Below are positions 51,136-62,184 of a stretch of 64,000 nucleotides of DNA, in pieces. Every line of letters starts with the position of its first letter. The stretch's first letter is position 1. The notes under the pieces are model-generated. The model saw nothing but the letters and a program-made list of their open reading frames with translations. It was not told the origin of the DNA and ran no database searches. The DNA is taken from assembly GCA_041651535.1 (NCBI GenBank), contig JBAZIZ010000003.1:19357-83356 (forward strand), given 5' to 3'. The stretch comes from Patescibacteria group bacterium. GTDB taxonomy: Bacteria; Patescibacteriota; Patescibacteriia; Magasanikbacterales; UBA922. The position numbers were made by a program, and so were the translations under genes.

Positions 51136-51798
51136 TTAATCAGAATTATTAACTAAGCTGTATTCTTCTTTAATCAATTTTTCAGCTACACTCAGCAAAG
51201 TTTTATCATCAATTTTATTTAATTCTTCTTCACTTATCTGTCCAGTTGAAATTAAAATCGAACGCAAAGTTGCTGGGTCTTTTAACAATTCATTCATATC
51301 AATGTCATTTTCATTTCCTTCTCCTAATTGACTTTTTACCAAAAGATCGGCAGGCGTAGCTAAAGAATCATCACCTAAAGGATTTAGATCAATAGTTGAG
51401 CTACTATATTCTGCTGAATTTGAATTTATAATACTTGAACCAGTAGCACAATTTGCTCCAATCGGACAATTTGGATCTTCTCCTTGATCAATTTCCACTT
51501 TATCTTCTACACCATCAGAATCACTATCAGGTAAATAAGGACTTGTTTCATAAAAATATAACTCTTCATAATCGTTTATACCATCATGATCTGTGTCTAT
51601 TTGTTGTAATTTTGAATTTTCATCATAATCAGACAAATTTGAAGTTTCACCATTTTCTGAACTTACTTTCAAAGCATAAGGCCCATAAATATTTCTTTTC
51701 ATCTGCATAAAACCAAGCCCAACTACTAAAATTGCAAAGAAAAACAACAAAACAAAGCCGATTTTTTGCTCTTTATTTAATTTATTTTTTTCTTCCAT
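51136..51798 (-). CDS. Membrane-anchored protein with thrombospondin type-3-like Ca-binding repeats
   Basis: TM then DTDHDGINDYEE..TSPYLPDSDSDGVEDKVE. Confidence 0.75.
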   Translation of the reverse strand: MEEKNKLNKEQKIGFVLLFFFAILVVGLGFMQMKRNIYGPYALKVSSENGETSNLSDYDENSKLQQIDTDHDGINDYEELYFYETSPYLPDSDSDGVEDKVEIDQGEDPNCPIGANCATGSSIINSNSAEYSSSTIDLNPLGDDSLATPADLLVKSQLGEGNENDIDMNELLKDPATLRSILISTGQISEEELNKIDDKTLLSVAEKLIKEEYSLVNNSD

Positions 51799-51881
51799 AC
51801 ACAAAAAATTACTTTCAAAATTATTATAACACAAATAATTAAAAAACAAAAGAACAAAAGTGCTTTAAGTGAACATCACCA

Positions 51882-51925
51882 CGCCCACCATCGCAAGCAT
51901 AAGCTTGCTTAGGCGTTACGGGCGG
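51882..51925. repeat. GC-rich intergenic palindrome (REP-like)
   Basis: CGCCC..GCAAGC-ATAA-GCTTGC..GGGCG in an otherwise AT-rich spacer. Confidence 0.45.
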
Positions 51926-52091
51926 AAAAGTAAAAGTTAGGAGTCAAAAATTAAAAGGAAAAAATAATTGATACGGTTTTACTATTGTTTTTTATTGTAA
52001 AAAAAATTTAAAAACAATGAACAAACACAAAAAGAAAAACAATTTAAAAAAATGACTTTTAACTTTAGACTTTTAACTTTATATTTTTGTT

Positions 52092-52910
52092 TTAAAGTTT
52101 GTTTATTTTACTAACAATAATTATCCACTCACTAAGTCCTATTTTTTCCGCTCTAACATCTTCTCTTAAACCTATTTCTTGTAAAATTTTATTGATCAAT
52201 TTTCTATCAATTTGTAATTCTTCAGATAAATTTTTAGAAACTTGTTTTCTTTTATTTTTAAAACCAGCTTTAACTACTCTAAAAAAATTTTTTTCATCTT
52301 CTACACTATTTTTTTTCAAATCTTTTTTTATAATAATTTCAATTACTGCAGAATCAACTTTTGGTGCTGGGAAGAAACTACCACGAGCAACTTTTGAAAT
52401 CAGACGAACATCCCCATAATATTTTACTGACAAAGATAATAAACTACTTTTTTTATCTCTTTCTAAAATTCTTTCAGCAACTTCCTTTTGCACCATAACA
52501 ATTATAGATTCTGGTTTTTTTTCATTTTCTAAAAATAAACGTAAAATTTCAGAAGTTATTTGATAAGGCAAATTAGCTACAATTTTAAAATTATCTAAAT
52601 TTTTTATAAGTTCATTATAATGATTTAAAACATTACCCCAAATTATTTCAATATTTGGAAATTCAATTTGTTTTTCTTGCCAATAATCTTTTAATTTTTG
52701 TTCAATTTCAAAAGCAAAAATTTTTTTTACTTTTTTAGCTAATTCAAAAGTTAAAACACCAAAACCAGGACCAACTTCTACCACAATATCTTCTTTTTTT
52801 AAATCTGCTTCTTCAACTATTTTTTTTACCACACCAAAATTTACCAAATAATTTTGACCATATTTTTTACTAGGTTTTAAATCATATTTTTTCCAAAGTT
52901 CTGACAACAT
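52092..52910 (-). CDS. rsmA: 16S rRNA dimethyladenosine transferase RsmA/KsgA
   Basis: KKYGQNYL, VEVGPGFG, VANLPYQI, MVQKEVAER, FFPAPKVDSA. Confidence 0.96.
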   Translation of the reverse strand: MLSELWKKYDLKPSKKYGQNYLVNFGVVKKIVEEADLKKEDIVVEVGPGFGVLTFELAKKVKKIFAFEIEQKLKDYWQEKQIEFPNIEIIWGNVLNHYNELIKNLDNFKIVANLPYQITSEILRLFLENEKKPESIIVMVQKEVAERILERDKKSSLLSLSVKYYGDVRLISKVARGSFFPAPKVDSAVIEIIIKKDLKKNSVEDEKNFFRVVKAGFKNKRKQVSKNLSEELQIDRKLINKILQEIGLREDVRAEKIGLSEWIIIVSKINKL

Positions 52911-53023
52911 AAAATAATTTCAAAATTATGATTTATGATTTCTGATTTTAAAATTAATTCTAAAATCTAGAATCTAAAATCTTAAATTAATTATTATAAA
53001 TTCGATTAATATTATTTAAAAAC

Positions 53024-54160
53024 TTAATTTTCTTGCTTAAGTCCAGCCTCTGTATATCGATTAGCTGCATTCCATAACATAAAACCATTATTATCATATT
53101 TTTCTATAGCATCAATCTGAGCACGAATTTTTTCTGCATCATAAACTGCTCCAATATTAAAAGCTTGAATCCATGGACGAACTTGGGTTCGTTTACTATT
53201 TTTAAAAACATTTTCTGCTTTTTTCATTCCATTATCAATTACTAAATATGGATAATCCGCAGGATTTTGTAATCCTAAATGTCCTGAAGGATAATGCGAT
53301 GGATACATCATCGGACAAATAAAATCTACCTTATCAATTGCTCCAGCAAGTGTTTGCCCAATACTCATACCATCTTGCCTTTCCATCACAAAACCAAAAA
53401 AATCAATTGAAATCCAAACTGGATAATTTTTTAATGATTCATCTAAATAAGAAAAAAAATCAGCCATAATTTCATTTTTATTTTGTGTTTGATTTTCATA
53501 AAATACTGTATTTAAATCACCATCACTCGGAAAACGTACATAATCAAAATTTATTTCATCAAAACCAAATTTTGTAGCTTCGCGTGCAATATCTAAATTA
53601 TATTTCCAAACATCTTTTTTTGATGGATCCACCCAAGACAATCCTTTGTAATCACGCCAAATTCCACCAAATTTATTTTTTATTGCCCAATCATCTTTTT
53701 TTTCTGCTAAAATTGGATCTTGAAAAACTGTTTGTCGAGCAATTACATAAATATTTTTTTCATGAAATTTTTTTATAATTTTTTTTAAATCACCAAGCAA
53801 ATTTTTTTCTAAACCAAATTCATTTACAATTGGTAAGTTACTATCATACAAAACAAAACCTGTATAATCTTTGATATCAATCACGACTGCATTAAGTTCA
53901 GTCTTTTCCATCAAATCAATAATTTGATCGGTTTTAGAATCAAGCCCCGCTGAATAAGCTGTCAGATACAAAGCTTTGACTTCTTGTTTAGGAATTTTTT
54001 GTTGTTTAAAAAAATTAACTTTTGTTAAATTAGAAAATTGCTCATTAACAAAAAAATCAAATTGATATTTAGTTAAAAACAAAAAAAATAAATTTAAAAA
54101 AACGCAAAAAAGCGTTATTAAAATTAAAAGAGAAAAATTTTTTTTGTGAAAAAAAATCAT
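53024..54160 (-). CDS. Putative glycoside hydrolase (DUF4015-like)
   Basis: KALYLT, NAVVIDIKD, GFDEINFDYVRFP, PMMYPSHY, RPWIQAF. Confidence 0.85.
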   Translation of the reverse strand: MIFFHKKNFSLLILITLFCVFLNLFFLFLTKYQFDFFVNEQFSNLTKVNFFKQQKIPKQEVKALYLTAYSAGLDSKTDQIIDLMEKTELNAVVIDIKDYTGFVLYDSNLPIVNEFGLEKNLLGDLKKIIKKFHEKNIYVIARQTVFQDPILAEKKDDWAIKNKFGGIWRDYKGLSWVDPSKKDVWKYNLDIAREATKFGFDEINFDYVRFPSDGDLNTVFYENQTQNKNEIMADFFSYLDESLKNYPVWISIDFFGFVMERQDGMSIGQTLAGAIDKVDFICPMMYPSHYPSGHLGLQNPADYPYLVIDNGMKKAENVFKNSKRTQVRPWIQAFNIGAVYDAEKIRAQIDAIEKYDNNGFMLWNAANRYTEAGLKQEN

Positions 54161-54765
54161 AATTCTTCTATAAATAATTCCCCTTGTCTTAAAATTTTTA
54201 TTTTCCCGTCTTGAACACTGGCGATTGTTGATGGACTATGTGAAACTAATTCACCAGCGTCAATTATCAAATCTGGTTGGTCAACTTTATTAGCAAACAT
54301 ATCTTCTATTTCTTTTATTGAATAAGGATTTTGTGTAGAACTTAGATTAGCTGAAGTAGAAATAATTGGTCCACCTAATTTTTGACAAAGATCGATTGTA
54401 AGTGGATGACTTGAAACACGAAAAGCTATTGTATCATCCTCGGAAACCACACCACGTGGAAAAATATCTTTTTTAACTGTAGCCACTAAAGTTAATGGCC
54501 CAGGCCAATATTTTTCAGCTAAATAATTTAATTTTTCATTCCAATCAATTTTATCAATTATCATTGATAAATCAGAAACTAAAATAAGCAAACTTTTATT
54601 TTCTTGTCTTTGTTTAATTTTAAATATTTTTTCTACAGCTTTTTCATTTAAAGCATCCGCTCCTAATCCATAACAGGTTTCAGTTGGGTAAACTAAAGTT
54701 TTTCCATTTTTCAAAGAATCCACTATAAAATTTATATCTAATTCTTCCATTTTTAGGATATTCAT
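54157..54765 (-). CDS. tsaC: L-threonylcarbamoyladenylate synthase (Sua5/TsaC)
   Basis: YPTETCYGLG, YWPGPLT, STSANLS; start uncertain (54750-54771). Confidence 0.93.
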   Translation of the reverse strand: MNILKMEELDINFIVDSLKNGKTLVYPTETCYGLGADALNEKAVEKIFKIKQRQENKSLLILVSDLSMIIDKIDWNEKLNYLAEKYWPGPLTLVATVKKDIFPRGVVSEDDTIAFRVSSHPLTIDLCQKLGGPIISTSANLSSTQNPYSIKEIEDMFANKVDQPDLIIDAGELVSHSPSTIASVQDGKIKILRQGELFIEEL

Positions 54766-54903
54766 AAACACTAATTAAATGTGAATAAATTATATACAAA
54801 AATCTTGTCTTTTACAACTTTTTGACTTAAAAATCAAAAAACTTGATTTTTTAAAAAAATATGCTATAATATTTTCAGTTTTATTTATCTAATTTAAACA
54901 AAT

Positions 54904-55125
54904 ATGGGACTTCCATCAAAAAAGAGAACTCCAAGATCTCGTGATGACCGTCGTTCACATCATGCGCTCAAAAAAATTACAGTAAAAACTTGTCCAAATT
55001 GTGGAGAAAAACTTTTAGCTCACAGAGCTTGTACAAAATGCGGAAATTATAAAGGTAAAAAAGTAGTTTCTGTAGAAAAAAGAGTACAAAGACAAAGCAG
55101 AAATAAAAAAGCTATAAAAAACTAG
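54904..55125 (+). CDS. rpmF: 50S ribosomal protein L32
   Basis: RRSHHAL, CPNCG..HRACTKCGNYKG. Confidence 0.95.
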   Translation: MGLPSKKRTPRSRDDRRSHHALKKITVKTCPNCGEKLLAHRACTKCGNYKGKKVVSVEKRVQRQSRNKKAIKN

Positions 55126-55161
55126 TTTCTTGAAAAAGAACTGGTTTTTAAAATAAAATAT

Positions 55162-55611
55162 ATGTCAAAAAGACATACCGCGAGAACAATTGTTATGCAA
55201 ACTCTTTACGAATGGGATTTTCGAGGTAATCCTTCTTCTGCTTTGCCTGCCATAATTGAACAAAATATGGCTGAATTTGGACAAGGTTTAGAAGAAAATC
55301 AAGAATATATCAAAAATACTGTAGATAATATTATTGATAAACAAACCGAAATAGACGAAAAAATCGTAAAATATGCTGATAATTGGTCTTTGGAACAAAT
55401 GACTCTTATAGATCGTAATATTTTACGTTTAGGTTGTTACGAAATATTATATAACGATGAAATTCCACCAAAAGTAGCTATAAATGAAGCTATTGAGATT
55501 GCTAAAACTTTTGGCGGACCAAGTTCGGGAAAATTTATAAATGGCATTTTAGGAGCTATTTATAAAGATTTAGAAAATACTGAAAAACATGAAAAAGAAG
55601 TTGTAAAATAA
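55162..55611 (+). CDS. nusB: Transcription antitermination factor NusB
   Basis: [39 protein letters not shown]. Confidence 0.96.
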   Translation: MSKRHTARTIVMQTLYEWDFRGNPSSALPAIIEQNMAEFGQGLEENQEYIKNTVDNIIDKQTEIDEKIVKYADNWSLEQMTLIDRNILRLGCYEILYNDEIPPKVAINEAIEIAKTFGGPSSGKFINGILGAIYKDLENTEKHEKEVVK

Positions 55612-55613
55612 TT

Positions 55614-56384
55614 ATGAATATAAATATAATTGATTCCTACAAAACAAAAAATTTTGCTGATTTAGAAAAAAAAATATCAGTTGATTTTGTTAATAAAAAT
55701 ATTTTAGTCCAATCTCTAATTCACAGATCTTTTTTAAACGAAAATAAAGAATTTCCTTTAGCCCATAATGAAAGATTAGAATTTTTAGGAGATGCTGTTT
55801 TAGAATTAGTTGTTACTGAATATTTATTTGAAAATTTTTTAAATCCAGAAGGAGAATTGACAAATTGGCGTGCGGCTTTAGTCAATGGTTCAATGTGTGC
55901 TAATGTTGCTCATGATTTAGAAATGGAAAAATATTTATTTTTATCACATGGAGAATCAAAAGATGCTAATACCAAAGCTAGAGATTACATTTTAGCAAAT
56001 GCGCTTGAAGCTTTAATTGGCGCAATTTATATTGATCAAGGAATGGAAAAAACTGGAGAATTTATTCATAAAAATATTATTACAAAATTACCTGAAGTTT
56101 TGGAACAAGGCTTATGGATGGATGCCAAATCAAGATTTCAAGAAGCTGCACAAGAAATTATTGGTATTACACCAACTTACAAAGTAATTAGCGAAGAAGG
56201 TCCTGATCATGCAAAAAATTTTGTTATTGGAGTTTTTTTAGATAAAGAAAAAATAGCTGAAGGAAAAGGGACAAGCAAACAAGAAGCTCAAACAAATGCA
56301 GCAGAAAATGCTTTAGCAATAAAAAAATGGAAAGGACCAAAAATAAGCATTTTAAAAAGAGAAGAAAATGATCCAATTGGCTAA
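55614..56384 (+). CDS. rnc: Ribonuclease III
   Basis: HNERLEFLGDAVL, EALIGAIYID, dsRBD GPDHAK..GKGTSKQEA. Confidence 0.97.
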   Translation: MNINIIDSYKTKNFADLEKKISVDFVNKNILVQSLIHRSFLNENKEFPLAHNERLEFLGDAVLELVVTEYLFENFLNPEGELTNWRAALVNGSMCANVAHDLEMEKYLFLSHGESKDANTKARDYILANALEALIGAIYIDQGMEKTGEFIHKNIITKLPEVLEQGLWMDAKSRFQEAAQEIIGITPTYKVISEEGPDHAKNFVIGVFLDKEKIAEGKGTSKQEAQTNAAENALAIKKWKGPKISILKREENDPIG

Positions 56385-56420
56385 AAATTATTTAATTGCA
56401 AATAAAAAATTAAATAATAG

Positions 56421-56493
56421 GCGCCATTAGCTCAGTCGGTAGAGCAGTTGCCTCTTAAGCAAACGGTCGCAGGTTCAAATCCTGCATGGCGCA
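56421..56493 (+). tRNA. tRNA-Lys(CTT)
   Basis: Acceptor GCGCCAT/ATGGCGC, anticodon loop CTCTTAA, T-loop GTTCAAAT; CCA not encoded. Confidence 0.93.
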
Positions 56494-56560
56494 CAAAAAA
56501 ACAATTTATATTAAGATTTATAAATCCAAAATCATAAATCGTAAATATTAAATTTACTAG

Positions 56561-56632
56561 GCTTCTGTGGTGAAATGGATATCACGCTTGGCTTCGGACC
56601 AAGTATTCCGGGTTCGAATCCTGGCGGGAGCA
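56561..56632 (+). tRNA. tRNA-Arg(TCG)
   Basis: Acceptor GCTTCTG/CGGGAGC, anticodon arm CTTGG-CTTCGGA-CCAAG, GTTCGAAT; CCA not encoded. Confidence 0.93.
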
Positions 56633-56669
56633 CAAAAAAACTTCTTAAATATAGAAGTTTTTTTATTTT

Positions 56670-59600
56670 TTATTTTTGACTGAATTTTTGATAAATAACT
56701 GGCAAGACAACAAGAGTCAAAACTGTTGAAAACGAAAGACCAAAAACTATTGCATAACCAAGCGGCCCCCAAGTTGGATCAGACATTGCCAAAGGTATCA
56801 TACCAAGCACGGTTGTAATAGTCGTCAAAATAATTGGACGTAATCTGGAATGTCCTCCATCTTTTATAGCATCGTCAAGATTGAAACCCTTTTCTCTATT
56901 CACATTTATTTTTTCAATTAAAATAATCGCATTTTTAACTACAATTCCTACTAAAGCAACTATTCCAATTGCACCGGGAAAACTAAGTGGTTGTCCCATA
57001 AAAACTAATCCTGGTAATACACCAATTAAGGCTAAAGGTACAGTAACTAAAATAAATAAAGTTTGTTTAAAAGAATTAAATTGTAAAACTAATAAAATAC
57101 TAATTAAAATAATTCCCAAAATCATTGATCTGAAAATATCTTGAAAAGATTCTGCCATATCTTCATTTTCTCCACCATATTTTATAGTATAACCTTCTGG
57201 TAAAACAATATTATTTTTTATTTCTTTTTTAGCTTGATTAAAAATATCTTGCGATGTCTTTCCTTCTTCAATATCACCAACTATTTCCATGATTCTATTT
57301 CCATCTTCATGTTGTATTAAAGAACGACTAAAATCAAGATTACTTTTTATAAAAGAAGCAATTGGTATATTACCTTGACTACTAGCAATTGTTATTGATT
57401 CAATATTATTCAAATCAATTTGTTTATTGCTCATTCCATCATTTATTCCATCTAAATCATATTTTACTAAAACGTTTATTTCCTGACCATCTTTGCGAAT
57501 TACAGTTGCATCTACTCCAGCGATAGCACTTCGTAAAACAGAAGCAATTTGTGAAGTGGAAATTCCATACATTTGAGCTTTTACTCTATCAATTTCCAAA
57601 ACAAATTCTCCAGGTGAATCTTGATTAGAAAAACGAACACTTCGAGTACCTGGTATATTTTCAACTATCTGTTTAATCTGTAAAGAAATTTCATCCAAAA
57701 TTTCTAAATCTTGGCCTTGAACTGAAATTGATATTGGATCAGAACTTGGTGGACCCATCATATCTTGAGTCAATTCATACTCAATACCATCAATATTTTT
57801 AAGTTCTTCATTATATTTTTCAATAAAATTCAGACTGCCGTAATTTCTTTTTTGTTTTAAATTAACTACAATTCCAGCGTAATTACTATTTCCCGAACTA
57901 TTTGAACTTAAAACACTGCCCCCACTCGTCTTTGAACCAATATTAGTCAAAAATGACTCTACATTTTCATCTGCTAAAAGTAAATCTTCAATTTCAGTAA
58001 TTTTTTGACTAGTCATTTCTAATGGTGTTCCAGCTGGTAATTGAAAATTCATGTAAACTTTTGGTTCATTACCTGTTGGAAACATACTTACTTTTAAAAC
58101 TCCGCCTATAGGCAAAGCTAAACTTAAAATAAAAGCAATTGAAACTATCCGCAACAATTTTTTTGATTTTTTTTGGTCTGCAAGTAAAGAACTAATCAGA
58201 CTATCATATTTTTCATTTATATTATCCATCATTTTTTCTTTCCAATTTTTTTGATTTTCTAAAATTTGTTTTTGTTTTTTTTGTTCTGGTTCAAAAGGAG
58301 TTTGCCAAGAATCTTCAATATTAATATCTTTTTTATCTTTAAAAAGTAAAGCTCCGAATGTTGGTATCAAAGCTAAAGCAACAAAAAGAGAAGAAATTAA
58401 AACAGCACTGATTGTAATCGGAATACTTACCATAAATTTTCCGATTACCCCACTGACACCTAACAAAGGTAAAAAGGCAAAAACCGTTGTTAAAGTTCCG
58501 GCAACTAAAACCCATTGATATTCTTTAACTGAAGCCATACAGGCTTCCTTCACTTTCATTCCTTTATTTAAATTAACATTTATACCCTCGGCTACCACAA
58601 TTGCATTATCTACTAAAATTCCCAAAGATAAAATCAAACAAAATAAAGTTAAAAAATTTAATGTATAACCTGCGACTGACAAAAAAATAAAAGACATCAA
58701 AAAGGTAGTTGGCACTGACAAACCAGCCAACAAAGCTTCACGCCAACCTAAAAATAAAAACAATAAAACTACTACTATAATTACAGTTTCAATTCCATTC
58801 ACAAATAAATTAGACAAATCATTTTTTATATCTTGTCCAGCATTTTTACTAAAATCAAAACTTAAATCATCAGGGTATTCACTTTTTATTTTATCTAATT
58901 TAGACAATACACTATCAATAATTCTGATTGTATCTCCACCGCTAGTTTTATATAAATTTAAAGAAATTGCTGTCTTGGTTTCTTCTCCATTTTTACTTAA
59001 TCTTGACAATGTTTGTAATTCAGAATAATCACTGTAAACATTAGCAACATCTTTAAGTAAAATTGCTGTATTAGAAATGTTAGCAATAGGAATTGTTTTA
59101 ACTTCATCAATATTCAAAAGACGCCCAGCAAATCTAACTGTATATTCCATACCAGAACTTTCAATCGAACCAGCTGGAACATCACTATTAGCTGAACCAA
59201 TTGCTTGTACTACTCCTAAAAGAGAAAGTCCATAATTATCTAATTTAGCTTTATCGATTATAACTTTTATTTCTTCATCTTGCCCACCTAAAACATCAAC
59301 AGAACTTATACCAGAAACTATTTCAATTTCATTTTTAATATCATCGGCATAATTTTTTATTTCCGAACGAGAATAAGGGCCACTTATAGAAAAAGTCAAA
59401 ATCGGTTCATCATCCAAACTGATTTGTTTAACTGTAGGATCTTTAGCATCATCAGGCAAATCGCTTTTTACTTCATCAATCTTGTCTTTTAAATCATTTA
59501 TTTTTTCTTGTGCATCAGCATTAGCATCAAATTGAACAAATATAAATGATAAACTATTTTTTGATTGAGAAGTTAACTCTTCAACATCATCTAAACTTTT

Positions 59601-59828
59601 AATTTTATCTTCTATCGGTTGTGTCACAAGTTCTTCGACATCAGCTGCATTTGCTCCAGGAAACACAGTTACAACTACAGCGTACGGTATTTCAACTTCT
59701 GGCATTGATTCTTTAGGTAATCTAATTATAGAAAATAATCCAAAAATCAAAAGAATTAGAACTATCAAAAAAGTAAACCTGTATTTATGGACAAAAAAAT
59801 CCCAAATTGTATTATTTTGTTTGTTCAT
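56670..59828 (-). CDS. RND family efflux permease (AcrB/AcrD/AcrF-like)
   Basis: 1052 aa, GILVDNAIVV, GTLTTVFAFLP, RLRPIILTTITT. Confidence 0.93.
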   Translation of the reverse strand: MNKQNNTIWDFFVHKYRFTFLIVLILLIFGLFSIIRLPKESMPEVEIPYAVVVTVFPGANAADVEELVTQPIEDKIKSLDDVEELTSQSKNSLSFIFVQFDANADAQEKINDLKDKIDEVKSDLPDDAKDPTVKQISLDDEPILTFSISGPYSRSEIKNYADDIKNEIEIVSGISSVDVLGGQDEEIKVIIDKAKLDNYGLSLLGVVQAIGSANSDVPAGSIESSGMEYTVRFAGRLLNIDEVKTIPIANISNTAILLKDVANVYSDYSELQTLSRLSKNGEETKTAISLNLYKTSGGDTIRIIDSVLSKLDKIKSEYPDDLSFDFSKNAGQDIKNDLSNLFVNGIETVIIVVVLLFLFLGWREALLAGLSVPTTFLMSFIFLSVAGYTLNFLTLFCLILSLGILVDNAIVVAEGINVNLNKGMKVKEACMASVKEYQWVLVAGTLTTVFAFLPLLGVSGVIGKFMVSIPITISAVLISSLFVALALIPTFGALLFKDKKDINIEDSWQTPFEPEQKKQKQILENQKNWKEKMMDNINEKYDSLISSLLADQKKSKKLLRIVSIAFILSLALPIGGVLKVSMFPTGNEPKVYMNFQLPAGTPLEMTSQKITEIEDLLLADENVESFLTNIGSKTSGGSVLSSNSSGNSNYAGIVVNLKQKRNYGSLNFIEKYNEELKNIDGIEYELTQDMMGPPSSDPISISVQGQDLEILDEISLQIKQIVENIPGTRSVRFSNQDSPGEFVLEIDRVKAQMYGISTSQIASVLRSAIAGVDATVIRKDGQEINVLVKYDLDGINDGMSNKQIDLNNIESITIASSQGNIPIASFIKSNLDFSRSLIQHEDGNRIMEIVGDIEEGKTSQDIFNQAKKEIKNNIVLPEGYTIKYGGENEDMAESFQDIFRSMILGIILISILLVLQFNSFKQTLFILVTVPLALIGVLPGLVFMGQPLSFPGAIGIVALVGIVVKNAIILIEKINVNREKGFNLDDAIKDGGHSRLRPIILTTITTVLGMIPLAMSDPTWGPLGYAIVFGLSFSTVLTLVVLPVIYQKFSQK

Positions 59829-61575
59829 ATGTTTTTATATTTACTTTTTGTCCAATATTTAACCCTTTAACTGCAGAAACTATTTTGTCATTAGTTTCTA
59901 AACCTTTATTTATTTCAACAGTATCACCTAATATATTACTAATTTCAACTTCTTTTTCTTGAATTAGATTATTTTCATCAACAAAAAAAACTGTTTTTTT
60001 ATTTTCATAAATTTTAACAGCAGCTAAAGGTAAAATATATTTTTGAGTTTCAGAAAAATTTACTACTGATATTTTAATGTTGGCATATTGACCAATTGTT
60101 AAATCATTTTCTAAATCAGTTATTGCCACTATAACTTCTATTTTTTTACTAACTGAATCAATACTTGGAGCGATTTTACTCACTAAACCTTTATATTTAT
60201 CTTCAATTAAGACTTCATTACCTACAGCAATTAAACTTTTTTCTTTTTGATTAATAAAAACTTTTACTTGCATACCCTCTTTGTTAACAACACCAGTTAT
60301 AATATTACCAGCAGACACAAAATCACCATTTTTATACGGCATACTTGAAATTATACCTGCAAATGGTGCTCTGATTATTGATTTGTTATAAAGAGTCTGT
60401 ACCTGAGAAACATTTGCTTTTAGAGCTGCTAAATCAACTTCACGAGGATTAGCTTTTATTTTTTCCAAAGCTGCCAAAGCTTGATTATAAGCTGTTTCTT
60501 TTATTTGAATTGTGCTTTTTGCTGTCGCTTTTATATCTGATAAATCTTTGACAGCTTTTTCATAAGCTAAATTATAAGTATTTAAACTATTACCACTAGA
60601 ATTTTCACCTTGTTTGGCTGATGTTAAAGTATTTTTTATTTCACTAACTGCTGATCTGGCAGAAATTATGCTACTTTTAAAACCATTTAAAGTTGTTAAG
60701 CTCAAATTTCCTACAGCTGTACTAGCATCAAGCATTGTTTGTACATCAAACAGATGGGAACTTAAACTGTCTAAAGCTTCAATCGCTTTATTTGTCACCA
60801 GACTAATTTGTTCATCTGAACTTTCTTTATTTATTTTTTCCATTGTTAAATTAAATTCTTGTTTTAAATTTTTTGTTTTAACATAACTTTCTTCTGATTT
60901 ATCAACAGTGGCGGTATTTAAAACACCTAAATAATCTTCAAAAGAATCGTTAGCAATATCGTTATCAACCCCAATAATATTATCAGAAGCAGTCAATCCA
61001 ACTGACAAAACCGAATCAACACTTTGTAAAACATTATATAAAGTATCACCGCCTAAATTTAAATTATTTTCTGCTAATTTAAGAGCCATTTCGTAAGAAT
61101 TAATTGTTTGGTTAAGACTGTTTTTTGTATTTTCCAAATCAGCTTTGGCAAGTTCAACAGCAGTTTCATAAATTTTTATATCTTCAGCACTAGAACCAGC
61201 GACTCGCAAGTCAAGAACAGCTTGAGTTTGTGCTAACTGAGCGGCTAAAGTAGAATTATCAAGTTCCATTATTATTTGTCCTTGATTTACATTATCACCA
61301 ATATTAAAATTAATTTTTTTTATTTTAGCTGAAAGTTCAGAACGAATATCTAATTGTTCTAAAGACTCTACTTTACCTGTCGCATAAACATAATTATTAT
61401 CTTGATAATTACCCACATTTAAAATTTCAACATTTTTTAAAGTTTCTCCAGTATCTTTTTTGAAATTAAACTTTGCCTCCACAATTCGATAAACAAAAAC
61501 ACATAAAATCAAAATACCCAAAATGTAAATAATTTTAGTTTTAGTTTTATTTTTACTAAAAAAATTTTTTATCAT
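59812..61575 (-). CDS. RND efflux membrane-fusion (adaptor) protein with a long coiled coil
   Basis: N-terminal TM, lipoyl halves (IRSELSAKI..GDNV; IRAPFAGII), extended helical hairpin. Confidence 0.88.
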   Translation of the reverse strand: MIKNFFSKNKTKTKIIYILGILILCVFVYRIVEAKFNFKKDTGETLKNVEILNVGNYQDNNYVYATGKVESLEQLDIRSELSAKIKKINFNIGDNVNQGQIIMELDNSTLAAQLAQTQAVLDLRVAGSSAEDIKIYETAVELAKADLENTKNSLNQTINSYEMALKLAENNLNLGGDTLYNVLQSVDSVLSVGLTASDNIIGVDNDIANDSFEDYLGVLNTATVDKSEESYVKTKNLKQEFNLTMEKINKESSDEQISLVTNKAIEALDSLSSHLFDVQTMLDASTAVGNLSLTTLNGFKSSIISARSAVSEIKNTLTSAKQGENSSGNSLNTYNLAYEKAVKDLSDIKATAKSTIQIKETAYNQALAALEKIKANPREVDLAALKANVSQVQTLYNKSIIRAPFAGIISSMPYKNGDFVSAGNIITGVVNKEGMQVKVFINQKEKSLIAVGNEVLIEDKYKGLVSKIAPSIDSVSKKIEVIVAITDLENDLTIGQYANIKISVVNFSETQKYILPLAAVKIYENKKTVFFVDENNLIQEKEVEISNILGDTVEINKGLETNDKIVSAVKGLNIGQKVNIKTYEQTK

Positions 61576-61580
61576 ATAAA

Positions 61581-62171
61581 TTATTTATTAAATATTAAAA
61601 AACAAATTTTATCAATTAATTCTTTTGAATCTAATTTTTGATTATTTTGAAAAACATATTCATAAATAAAAGGATTAAGTGTAGAAAAAAGCACTAAAGT
61701 CACTGTCCGATGATCAACTTTTCCTGTTATATTTTTATATTTGATTATTTCTTCTGATAAGGGTTTGAATATTTCGATAACATCTTCTCTAGCTTGGGAG
61801 AAAAATTTTTCAAAATGTTTATGATGTCTGCCAATTCTTTTTGAAATAATTTTCAAAAAACTATTTTTATTTAAAATAAAAAAATCAAAAACAATTGCTA
61901 AAATTTTCCCTGTTTTGTCTCGTACATTTTTTTGTCTAAATTCTTCGGTTTTAAACAATTCTGTAATTTTTTCTTTAAAAAAACTATAATTTTTATTTAA
62001 AATAAATAGATATAAATCATTTTTATTTTTAAAATGATAGTAAAGAGCTGCTTTTGTCACATTGGCAGACTTGGCAATACTACTCATGGAAACTGAATCA
62101 TATTCATCATGAAAAAAAAGTTTTTGAGCAGCAATAACAATATTATCAATGTGATTATTTTTATTAGCCAT
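61581..62171 (-). CDS. TetR/AcrR family transcriptional regulator
   Basis: SMSSIAKSANVTKAALYYHFKNKNDL HTH. Confidence 0.93.
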   Translation of the reverse strand: MANKNNHIDNIVIAAQKLFFHDEYDSVSMSSIAKSANVTKAALYYHFKNKNDLYLFILNKNYSFFKEKITELFKTEEFRQKNVRDKTGKILAIVFDFFILNKNSFLKIISKRIGRHHKHFEKFFSQAREDVIEIFKPLSEEIIKYKNITGKVDHRTVTLVLFSTLNPFIYEYVFQNNQKLDSKELIDKICFLIFNK

Positions 62172-62184
62172 ATTAAAAAATATT

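Noticed and set aside
56421-56632. tRNAs as integration sites of an island
   Set aside because: No duplicated tRNA 3' end or integrase was seen in the window.
56557-56772. 71-aa minus-strand ORF
   Set aside because: Antisense to tRNA-Arg and overlapping the RND gene end.
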